The notes under the pieces are model-generated. The model saw nothing but the letters and a program-made list of their open reading frames with translations. It ran no database searches and was not told where the DNA came from. From the sequence record MW250786: a stretch of DNA of 64,000 nt; one strand, written 5' to 3'. The position numbers were made by a program, and so were the translations under genes. This document shows positions 10,080 through 18,081 of the stretch, piece by piece. Positions within the stretch are counted from its first letter, which is position 1, and every line of letters starts with the position of its first letter. This DNA is from Escherichia phage UPEC06.

Positions 10080-11255
10080 TCAAAACGGAATATCGTCGTC
10101 AAAATCCATATCATCTACAGACATATTCACATGGCCTTCGATATCAGGTGTAGGTGAATCTTCTGCTGACGGAGTTAACTGCGGTTCCGGCTCAGATTTC
10201 TTTTCTTCTTGCTTAGGGGTTGAAGCCCCGTTACGGATCTTATCTTCCAACTGACAGATAAATCGGAAATTCTCTTCTGTTTTAGCAATAAACGTTTCAA
10301 TGTTATTACTTCCCCAACGGGCAGAAAGAATACCACACTGGCCTAAACGAGCACCAAAAGAATAATCATCCATAGATTTAAACTCTTCGCGAAGTTTTGC
10401 TTTAATGGAGTCCATCGCTGCAAGAACTTGCTCTACAACAATACCCTGATTTACGATCGTTTCATTCGGGAACATCGCATCTGTGATAGACAGTGCATTA
10501 CCTAAACGAATAGGCAGATCGTCTTTACCTTTACCTGAACGTGATCCTGTTCCAGTACTTGCACCTTTTGGACCGTAAGCTTTAAAGCCTGTAACCGTAC
10601 CATCATCTGAACGAACACCTGCAATACGACCACCTTCTGTAATCTGACCCGTCTGTTCATCAGTGAGGTTTACAGTAACTTCTGTGCCGTCTTCCAGCTT
10701 AACAACTACCTTATTGCCTTCGATAGATGTGATATCACCATAAATCTTCTTAGCTGCACCACCAGACGGCTTTTGCTGCTGTTGGGAACCATTTGATTGC
10801 TGCTGTTGCTGACGAGGCTCACGAGCACCGGATGCGTCAGTAATCTTGATACGTGCTTTCTTACCTTCCGTAGAAGAACCCTGACTACCATCTTGTTTGG
10901 TGTAGGTCTTGATAACAACAGGTAAGCGAATTTTCATACCTTCTTTAAGATCAGTGTAACCACCTTCAGGATTTTTAATCTGGAACTGATTCTCATACTT
11001 CAGGTTTTTAACTTCACCTTCACCAAAAGAAATCCAAGCCTGGTCTTCACCTTCTTTCAGAAGAACTGCATAGCGGTGGGTATTGTTAATGCTTTTTTGC
11101 TGACCTGTATTCTTATCTTTAAAGGTGGTAACGCGTGGACTACCATCTTCATTAATACGTTTAATGAGGATACGTTCAATCGTACCTGCTGCAATGTTTA
11201 CTGTGGTATCGGAAACAGCATCGTATACAGCATTGATAACTTTAACTTCAGACAT
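10080..11255 (-). CDS. single-stranded DNA-binding protein with acidic C-terminal tail
   Basis: C-terminus ...DDMDFDDDIPF matches the SSB acidic tip (DDDIPF); Gln/Gly-rich linker. Confidence 0.65.
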   Translation of the reverse strand: MSEVKVINAVYDAVSDTTVNIAAGTIERILIKRINEDGSPRVTTFKDKNTGQQKSINNTHRYAVLLKEGEDQAWISFGEGEVKNLKYENQFQIKNPEGGYTDLKEGMKIRLPVVIKTYTKQDGSQGSSTEGKKARIKITDASGAREPRQQQQQSNGSQQQQKPSGGAAKKIYGDITSIEGNKVVVKLEDGTEVTVNLTDEQTGQITEGGRIAGVRSDDGTVTGFKAYGPKGASTGTGSRSGKGKDDLPIRLGNALSITDAMFPNETIVNQGIVVEQVLAAMDSIKAKLREEFKSMDDYSFGARLGQCGILSARWGSNNIETFIAKTEENFRFICQLEDKIRNGASTPKQEEKKSEPEPQLTPSAEDSPTPDIEGHVNMSVDDMDFDDDIPF

Positions 11256-11338
11256 TTAAATCTCCTTTAACTATTGAACACACCACTTAAGGCCGAGAAA
11301 CTATATTACAACTAACTTATTTGAATTGCAAACAACTT

Positions 11339-11719
11339 TTAGAGATAAACTCGCTTAACTTTTTCATGAACATTATCAAACAAAGTGTTGATCATCTGCA
11401 AGTCTTTAATAAGTTCTTCCGTAAATTGTTCTTCTTTGTGAGCAAACACACGAGAACGGTCAATGTTTACGGGATCTGCACTTTGGTCACCAGACAGGTC
11501 GAAAATGTCGATACCAATACGAGCACGACCTTTTTCAATCTTATTCTCATCATCAATACCATAAACACTCATGATTTGCATTTCACGATCTTCTTCTTTG
11601 TTTGTATAGATGATCGTGGTATTCAGATTCTTAATGCCATCATAAATGTGGATATTACGTGTAGCTGAGATAGGAATCCAATCACCAACCAGATAATCTT
11701 TACCGTCGAAAATACTCAT
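11339..11719 (-). CDS. hypothetical protein
   Basis: 126-aa ORF with RBS in - strand gene array. Confidence 0.5.
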   Translation of the reverse strand: MSIFDGKDYLVGDWIPISATRNIHIYDGIKNLNTTIIYTNKEEDREMQIMSVYGIDDENKIEKGRARIGIDIFDLSGDQSADPVNIDRSRVFAHKEEQFTEELIKDLQMINTLFDNVHEKVKRVYL

Positions 11720-11773
11720 CTTCTTTCCTCTGTTGTTTAAGTGGGGCCATTATGCCCCAAGTAGTACTTTCTG

Positions 11774-12361
11774 TCAAGGACGTTTTGGTGGACTAACGAC
11801 ACCTTTTTTAGATAAAGGTAATTCGTCTGCATCTTTTCCACGAAGAGATTCTAGCCACTCATCTAAAGACAGGGGTACTTTACCATCACCTTTGGACCAC
11901 ACAGACAAGCAATACAGATCGTATGCAGATGGACCTCGATCACCTTTGTCACCATTCGGCCCTTTTAAGCTCTCCAACCAATCCTTTTCGTTCAGTGGGA
12001 TAGCACCTGGATCTTCTTGATGAAGAACTCTTAGGTATGTTTCATAAGCAGACTCTCCACGAGGACCCATTTGACCCTTCTCACCTTGTGGCCCTTTTGC
12101 ATAATCTGCGTACTTAGATTCCAGATATGCAGACTTCACACCTTCAGGGGCAACGGAAACCTTATACAATGACCAAGCTAACAGAGCTATCCAACAAGCA
12201 AACAGTGCAAGCGGATAAGGGATCATTGAAGTAAAGAATGACAGAGCTAAAATTACAACCTTGTTCTTGTGATTACGACGGAAAGCGATGATCACAGGGG
12301 CTAACCAGATAGCAAAGATAACCCACGCAGATAAGATAAACAACCAACTAATGTATTCCAT
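11774..12361 (-). CDS. membrane protein with short collagen-like G-X-Y repeats
   Basis: Two N-terminal hydrophobic segments; GPQGEKGQMGPRGES and GPNGDKGDRGPS triplet runs. Confidence 0.5.
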   Translation of the reverse strand: MEYISWLFILSAWVIFAIWLAPVIIAFRRNHKNKVVILALSFFTSMIPYPLALFACWIALLAWSLYKVSVAPEGVKSAYLESKYADYAKGPQGEKGQMGPRGESAYETYLRVLHQEDPGAIPLNEKDWLESLKGPNGDKGDRGPSAYDLYCLSVWSKGDGKVPLSLDEWLESLRGKDADELPLSKKGVVSPPKRP

Positions 12362-12549
12362 TAAGCCTCCTCGGTATCGTCTTTAAAGTAATCTAACATC
12401 CAACTTTCTACAGGGGTTGCATAGTAACCCGTTCGACCTTTCTTTTGAAACTCCATGATAATTTCATTTGCAATACCTTTTGTGATTGCGATCCCGATCA
12501 GTGCACCACCAGGTCCCATTACTGCATGTGAACTAAGATCATTACTCAT
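12361..12549 (-). CDS. hypothetical protein
   Basis: 62-aa ORF, start/stop abut neighbours. Confidence 0.35.
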   Translation of the reverse strand: MSNDLSSHAVMGPGGALIGIAITKGIANEIIMEFQKKGRTGYYATPVESWMLDYFKDDTEEA

Positions 12550-12841
12550 TTTTAACCCCCTTCATTTTATCTCTTAAACTTTGAGCATCCCACGTATAAC
12601 CTGAGGAGATACCTTTTTCACGTTCACTATCTTTGAACTTGCAAATTACAGATTTTGCTTCACCATCAACAACAACCGCATAACTGTTGTAATAATTGTG
12701 TTGCTTCTTGCAAAATTCGTGTAACTCCTTAACCTCTATTGGCATCAGAGAAGGTAGATTTTTGTATCGCTTTGTCTGATCATCTTCACCATCTCCGCAA
12801 CCAACAAGAAGAAGTATACATAAAATGATTAACCTTTTCAA
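12542..12841 (-). CDS. putative lipoprotein
   Basis: Signal peptide with lipobox-like LLVGC. Confidence 0.5.
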   Translation of the reverse strand: MKRLIILCILLLVGCGDGEDDQTKRYKNLPSLMPIEVKELHEFCKKQHNYYNSYAVVVDGEAKSVICKFKDSEREKGISSGYTWDAQSLRDKMKGVKNE

Positions 12842-12989
12842 TAGCTACCCCCAAAATATTTTGTAATCTCTACTGCAAATATTGTCCCAAGTATAAACCA
12901 TGTGGCACTTAGTACGTTGAAGGGTAAAAACCTTGATCCTGTAAGAGAAACCATAATGAAAAACGTTACAAAAATCTCTGGAGAAATCA

Positions 12990-13391
12990 TCATTGTTTGA
13001 TAGTCCCCTTGGCGATCATCTCGTCAAGTTCATCTTCCGCACGACACATAATCTGATAGATAGTCTCTGGATTGTTTAAGAATTCTGTGTACTTTTTGAT
13101 ACGACAAACTAAACGTGCACGAACTTTACGCTCACGGGCCACATGATTAAAGTAATGTCCCTTTTGTCTGTAGATCCAAGCATAATATACAGTTTTTGCT
13201 CTATTGCGATCACAACCTAAACGTTCAGCCAACAGAGTGTAAGGGTCATTATTAGTGGGACCAAACAAAAATATTTCTGCAAAACTTTCCTTCATGATAC
13301 GAGATTCTTCATCCGTGATTCGCGGACATTCTTCAGAACCGTAGCGTGGGGTTTTAGTGGCATTTGGCTTCTTAGGGTATACTTTACGCAT
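12990..13391 (-). CDS. hypothetical protein
   Basis: 133-aa basic ORF with RBS. Confidence 0.5.
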   Translation of the reverse strand: MRKVYPKKPNATKTPRYGSEECPRITDEESRIMKESFAEIFLFGPTNNDPYTLLAERLGCDRNRAKTVYYAWIYRQKGHYFNHVARERKVRARLVCRIKKYTEFLNNPETIYQIMCRAEDELDEMIAKGTIKQ

Positions 13392-13458
13392 TTCATCACT
13401 CCTCTAATTAAAACTCTTACTCCCGATGTGAGGAGCCTTTCGGCCCCTCTCTTAAATA

Positions 13459-14067
13459 TCAATCACAACTACTTGAAGAACTACTGCTGCTACTGTCAGA
13501 AGAATAACTATCATATGATGATGAGCTATCATACGAACTTGATCGACTTGAAGAACAGTAAGAACTTGAACTACTTGTACGATCTTCACTGGAGGACATT
13601 ACAGCAGCATACGTTGCCACACCACCTAAAGCTGCCACCTGAGGATCAACCTGGCTAGTTCCATATCCATTTGGAGAGTCGCTCATCTTACGTGGTGCTG
13701 CCCGACGTGCCTGATCAATATACTGTCGCTTTGCCTTCGGCGGTAATTTCTTACCTTGAGCATAGGACGGTAATTCAACGCCCTTCAGTTGTTCATTCAA
13801 AGGTTTCGGCGGTGTAGCCTGTGATTTTGGTCGTTCAACAGAGATATCAACAACCTTCATCGTCTTATCCTTGATGTTTACCCCAACCAGTACTTCATTT
13901 TCTTTTAATGGCTTTTCAAGATCGCGTGTTTCAACTGGACCAAATTTAACGCTTGCAGTTTCCTGACGTTGTTCGGCCTGCTTTGCAATATATTTGTCGA
14001 TCGCCGCAGTTTCTACTTCCAGCGGAATAAACAGTGATTTTACCCAAGCAACAAACTTCTTGATCAT
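13459..14067 (-). CDS. hypothetical protein with Ser-rich C-terminal tail
   Basis: 202 aa; C-terminal ~40 residues almost entirely Ser with Tyr/Asp/Cys. Confidence 0.5.
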   Translation of the reverse strand: MIKKFVAWVKSLFIPLEVETAAIDKYIAKQAEQRQETASVKFGPVETRDLEKPLKENEVLVGVNIKDKTMKVVDISVERPKSQATPPKPLNEQLKGVELPSYAQGKKLPPKAKRQYIDQARRAAPRKMSDSPNGYGTSQVDPQVAALGGVATYAAVMSSSEDRTSSSSSYCSSSRSSSYDSSSSYDSYSSDSSSSSSSSSCD

Positions 14068-14288
14068 ACTCTTTCTCCTTTTTCATCAATAACAATCAGT
14101 GGCTCAATAACTAAAAGACGTTGCTTCATAAGACTTTTTATAGTCTCATCAATGTCAGACAGAAGAATATCTTTTTGACCTTCTATCCAATTGAGTGCTG
14201 CCTTTTCTGAAACAAATGCAATACCTTCTTGACCAATATCCCATTCACAGAATACTTTATACACCATCATCCTCTCCCTTGTCAACAT
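14064..14288 (-). CDS. hypothetical protein
   Basis: 74-aa ORF, overlaps neighbours by 4 nt. Confidence 0.4.
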   Translation of the reverse strand: MLTRERMMVYKVFCEWDIGQEGIAFVSEKAALNWIEGQKDILLSDIDETIKSLMKQRLLVIEPLIVIDEKGERV

Positions 14289-14574
14289 TATTCGGATTCA
14301 GTTTCTTTTCTGCGGTCTTCAAAATAATATCCAGCTTTTCAATTTCCTTATGTAAAGGCTCAGATAATAACTTCTCACCAAAAAGCCAGAATTTCTTCAT
14401 GCCTTTCTTAACGCACTTCCCCATAAAGCCCGCGAGGTCTTCTAGTCGCCAAGCGATAAAACTAAATATTGCAGCTAAAAGGTGAATCACGGCCAGCAGT
14501 AAACGATGTGGGTTTAGTACAGCAAGGCACAGGATCATAAAGATTATTTTAGTAAATCCCCAAATAATTTTCAT
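14257..14574 (-). CDS. small membrane protein
   Basis: 105 aa, two hydrophobic helices. Confidence 0.4.
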   Translation of the reverse strand: MKIIWGFTKIIFMILCLAVLNPHRLLLAVIHLLAAIFSFIAWRLEDLAGFMGKCVKKGMKKFWLFGEKLLSEPLHKEIEKLDIILKTAEKKLNPNNVDKGEDDGV

Positions 14575-14957
14575 TCGTAATTAATCTCCACTTTAACAAT
14601 TTCACCAGTTTTATCATTGAATACTTCAATGTCATAGTATTCAACAATGCCTTCATCATCAAAAGAACTTTTTTGTTTGCAAGGTGATACCCAAAAACCG
14701 TGGATTACTGCCTCCTCAAGTCCGTCGGTATGTGATACAACACTCAATGTCGGGTAAGGAACCATAATAGGTTTTACCTCACCACAACCACACGTACAGC
14801 AAAATACTTCATCTTCTTCCAGTTGGTACAATCGCTTTTCTGGAACAAAGGTCAGATGCGCCAAAGGATATTTAGAGACGATAGCATTAATATAAGGTTT
14901 TCCTGCCAAGCTGTCAATAAATTCATTAAACTCTTTTCTATTTTTTGATAAACTCAT
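14571..14957 (-). CDS. hypothetical Cys-containing protein
   Basis: 128 aa, CCTCGCG cluster, overlapping stop/start. Confidence 0.45.
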   Translation of the reverse strand: MSLSKNRKEFNEFIDSLAGKPYINAIVSKYPLAHLTFVPEKRLYQLEEDEVFCCTCGCGEVKPIMVPYPTLSVVSHTDGLEEAVIHGFWVSPCKQKSSFDDEGIVEYYDIEVFNDKTGEIVKVEINYE

Positions 14958-15190
14958 CGAGTACCTCCAAAAATATTTAAAGCTTTAGAATAATCAATGT
15001 GACCTGGAACAGTGTGAGCCTCTTGTACAAGACATTCCCGACAAATACGTGACACAACTGTTGTCTTGATCTCTTCTGTATCGCAGAAGCGAGACAATAC
15101 TTTTGTAACTTGATTGCATTGAGTAATGACAAAATCATGTTTACAACTTGGTTTGTTTTCTTCAGTTTCTTTCTTTTTAAAAGGCCACAT
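14954..15190 (-). CDS. hypothetical Cys-rich protein (possible zinc ribbon)
   Basis: 78 aa with CxH...C...CxxC spacing. Confidence 0.4.
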   Translation of the reverse strand: MWPFKKKETEENKPSCKHDFVITQCNQVTKVLSRFCDTEEIKTTVVSRICRECLVQEAHTVPGHIDYSKALNIFGGTR

Positions 15191-15198
15191 GATGACTC

Positions 15199-15381
15199 CT
15201 ATTCTTCAACTATTTCATATTCATCTTTCAAGAGCATAAATTGATAGTCCTTGCCCTTATTCGCAATAATAGTACCAGACGCGCTTTCTTTTGTCACGAA
15301 AAGAATTGAATCTTTTTGGACACCGTAATACTTAAGTTGCTCAAGCAGTTTGGTCTTCGATTCTAAGATTTTGACTTTCAT
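15199..15381 (-). CDS. hypothetical protein
   Basis: 60-aa ORF, start overlaps upstream stop. Confidence 0.35.
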   Translation of the reverse strand: MKVKILESKTKLLEQLKYYGVQKDSILFVTKESASGTIIANKGKDYQFMLLKDEYEIVEE

Positions 15382-15638
15382 TAGATATCAATTACTACGA
15401 TTTCAAGCATTGAATTTTCAACAGCTTCCTTAAGCTCATCGTATACAATAATAGACCAATCATTATTAAGATTACCTTTGATCAGTTTAGCCACCTGTTC
15501 TAACGAAGTCACAAAAGGTGTGTCACATTCATTATTGGAAAGACTTAACTTTGTGTGCATAAAGCCATCATCATCGGCAGTTTGCCAAAATGAAACAAAT
15601 TCACCACTGACTTTATGTTTTGCTGAGTAAAATTTCAT
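15381..15638 (-). CDS. hypothetical protein
   Basis: 85-aa ORF in compact array. Confidence 0.4.
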   Translation of the reverse strand: MKFYSAKHKVSGEFVSFWQTADDDGFMHTKLSLSNNECDTPFVTSLEQVAKLIKGNLNNDWSIIVYDELKEAVENSMLEIVVIDI

Positions 15639-15809
15639 TTAATTGACCTCTTTCTTTCCGAGATACTCTTTAAGGATTTCGAAAAGTTCTTCAGCTTGGA
15701 TTTTGTCCATAATAACAGAATCTTCGGCATGGTAGATTTCGATAGTGTCGTCAAAGATTGCAACTTGTTTTTTGTCAAACTCTTCAGTTTCTTTTAAGAA
15801 TTTTTTCAT
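15639..15809 (-). CDS. hypothetical small protein (below track cut-off)
   Basis: 56-codon ORF read by eye, ATG with AAGGGG RBS, stop abuts next start. Confidence 0.35.
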   Translation of the reverse strand: MKKFLKETEEFDKKQVAIFDDTIEIYHAEDSVIMDKIQAEELFEILKEYLGKKEVN

Positions 15810-15830
15810 TTATTTATTCCCCTTAGTAGT

Positions 15831-16097
15831 TTATAACTTTTCTTTACCTAAAGTAAGATTGATCTCGAAAGCTTTTGTTGTAGCTTTGTCGTCTTCGTTG
15901 AAGAAATTAAATTGGACATAGCTCTCAGTCGAACTAACAGCCATACCTACAGAGACAGTTCCTTCTGGTACGAGATGCTTATATTCTTCTTTTAACACAA
16001 CGTCGTAAAAATACATCGTCCCACAATCAATTTCATCCCACCCATCAAAAGATTCGATGAAAGCTTTTTCAATACCAACTAAAGTCTTTTCTGACAT
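15831..16097 (-). CDS. hypothetical protein
   Basis: 88-aa ORF. Confidence 0.4.
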   Translation of the reverse strand: MSEKTLVGIEKAFIESFDGWDEIDCGTMYFYDVVLKEEYKHLVPEGTVSVGMAVSSTESYVQFNFFNEDDKATTKAFEINLTLGKEKL

Positions 16098-16120
16098 TAT
16101 ATTTTCCTCTTCGTTTCAAG

Positions 16121-16393
16121 TTAGATATAGTCTACACCAGCTTGTTCCAACAAGTCAAGCCTTAATTTAAGTTCTTTTTCACGATAGTCGGAAACAAGTT
16201 TATCCTTTTTCTTTTCTTCTTCTTCGAACTGGTCGAGTGGAAGAATACGAATAATGTGTTCTGCCTTCATGTAGGATGTTGATCCGATAAGCTGAACATT
16301 ACCATTTGGCAGCAGTCGGCCTTTGATCACCCGATAACGAGGAAACAGATCATATTTGACGATTGCTGTAACTGCCATATTACTCATGTGCAT
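16121..16393 (-). CDS. hypothetical protein
   Basis: 90-aa ORF. Confidence 0.4.
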   Translation of the reverse strand: MHMSNMAVTAIVKYDLFPRYRVIKGRLLPNGNVQLIGSTSYMKAEHIIRILPLDQFEEEEKKKDKLVSDYREKELKLRLDLLEQAGVDYI

Positions 16394-16757
16394 TCTCCAT
16401 GTCAGAAATTCGATCTTCTACCCAACCACGACGGTAAATGTTGAGGTAAGATTTACCTTTTGAACCATGATGGGCATATTCGTCAAAATCAAAATCGAAA
16501 GGTGTCTCGGTGTTAAGACCTGCGTCAAAGAATTGATTCTTCATTTCGAATTGCACTTTCATGTCTGGATCATTTTTACCCAGGAATGAGGACAAATTAA
16601 AACAAAGGCCAGCGCCTCGGTAAAAAGCACCATCTTTTGGTGCACCAATGTCTAACCATTTCTTATATTCCTTGTAGAAATTCAGAAGTTGCGGACTGCT
16701 TTTCATTTTGTTCTCCTCATTTGTTTTGATAGGACTACTATAACATAGTCCTATCAA
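16380..16757 (-). CDS. hypothetical protein
   Basis: 125-aa ORF with RBS. Confidence 0.45.
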   Translation of the reverse strand: MIGLCYSSPIKTNEENKMKSSPQLLNFYKEYKKWLDIGAPKDGAFYRGAGLCFNLSSFLGKNDPDMKVQFEMKNQFFDAGLNTETPFDFDFDEYAHHGSKGKSYLNIYRRGWVEDRISDMENAHE

Positions 16758-16839
16758 CTTGTATACTATTTAATTAAAGATTTTATGAATGCTTGGTAGG
16801 ACCCTTCTTTACATACCCATCTGGATAATAAAAATCATC

Positions 16840-17217
16840 TTATACTCCAAATGTGGATTTGATTTCAGCAATAACCTCATGCACATTGTTTTCGTTTACT
16901 TCAAATGTGTAGGACGTTGGTTTAAGGAACGTCTGAGGTGAAACATTAACAAAGAATTCAAATTCATCATCAAAAATTTCAAAGTATTTTCCCGGTGTTG
17001 ATTCTTGACTTTTGAAAACAGAACCATCTTCCATAGTAACAGAAGAAACAGATTTTTCACCAAGGGTGTATGTTTTTAACTCATCAACAACGAAACTAGG
17101 ACCGTGACGACGTAGTATTTCAACCATAGTTCGGTTGGCCCCGCAAATACCTGCCCGCTTAATAAATAACTCTTCACACCGAGGATTGAGAATATAAGTT
17201 TTTCCTACTTGCATCAT
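16840..17217 (-). CDS. hypothetical protein, paralogue family member 3
   Basis: MxVGKTYxLNP...HGPxF...EDG...E.EF.FF...ETI.xIKSTF shared with the two upstream genes. Confidence 0.55.
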   Translation of the reverse strand: MMQVGKTYILNPRCEELFIKRAGICGANRTMVEILRRHGPSFVVDELKTYTLGEKSVSSVTMEDGSVFKSQESTPGKYFEIFDDEFEFFVNVSPQTFLKPTSYTFEVNENNVHEVIAEIKSTFGV

Positions 17218-17227
17218 AACAACCCCC

Positions 17228-17587
17228 TTATGATAAGTTAAATGTGGATTTGATCAGGTCGATAGTTTCTTGTGCGTTTTGCTCAGATACTGACACCTGG
17301 ATAATTTTAAGATCACTGACCTCTTCGAAGTATTTGAACTCGGATTCACGAAGTTCAAAGTACATTGCCCCGCAGCCCACACTGAATGAATCACACCCTA
17401 CAGCACCATCTTCTGTTGTGATGTTATTAACATACATATCACCTTCGATCATACTCATGTTGTTAACAATAAATCGCGGCCCGTGCTCATCCAGAAAAGA
17501 AACAATCTCGTGATTGTAACTTGGGTCAGCCTTAATAAATTCTTCCACGAATTTTGGATTAAGTTTATAAGTTTTACCCACTTCCAT
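17228..17587 (-). CDS. hypothetical protein, paralogue family member 2
   Basis: Clear similarity to 17599-17973 product; AAGGAG RBS. Confidence 0.55.
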   Translation of the reverse strand: MEVGKTYKLNPKFVEEFIKADPSYNHEIVSFLDEHGPRFIVNNMSMIEGDMYVNNITTEDGAVGCDSFSVGCGAMYFELRESEFKYFEEVSDLKIIQVSVSEQNAQETIDLIKSTFNLS

Positions 17588-17598
17588 TTTTGTTCTCC

Positions 17599-17973
17599 TT
17601 ACGCTAGGTTAAAGGTAGCTTTAATCAAGTCTACGGTTTCTTGTGCATTACTACGAGAGACGGCAACTTGAACGATAACAGGATCTTCATCTTCCCCGAC
17701 TTCTTTAAAGAAGGGAAATTCACTCTCTGCAAGTTCAAAGTATACACCCTTGTTACATTCGCAGCCGTGAAGACTGTCACTACCTAAAGTACCATCTTCA
17801 AATATGACATTGTTAACGTATGTAACATTATCATAAACGTGGGTGGTGTTGACAACAAATTTAGGACCGTGTTTATAAAGAAGGTCAGCCAATTCTTGAT
17901 TGTAGCTAGGGTCCATATTGATAAAAGCTTTTTCTAAGTCTTGATTAAGAATGTAAGTTTTTCCGATTTCCAT
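17599..17973 (-). CDS. hypothetical protein, paralogue family member 1
   Basis: Start moved to ATG 17973 (MEIGKTYILNQ) with GAGGAG RBS; track N-extension lacks RBS. Confidence 0.55.
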   Translation of the reverse strand: MEIGKTYILNQDLEKAFINMDPSYNQELADLLYKHGPKFVVNTTHVYDNVTYVNNVIFEDGTLGSDSLHGCECNKGVYFELAESEFPFFKEVGEDEDPVIVQVAVSRSNAQETVDLIKATFNLA

Positions 17974-18047
17974 CTTTGTTCTCCTCTTCAGTTGATGGAT
18001 ACATCTTAGTTGATGTGGATATGTCTTGTCAATAGCTTTTTGCACAT

Positions 18048-18075
18048 AAAAGAAAACCACCCCGAAGGGTGGTTT
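18048..18075 (-). terminator. Rho-independent terminator after DNA polymerase gene
   Basis: AACCACCC-cgaa-GGGTGGTT hairpin followed by T-run on - strand. Confidence 0.65.
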
Positions 18076-18081
18076 AAATTA

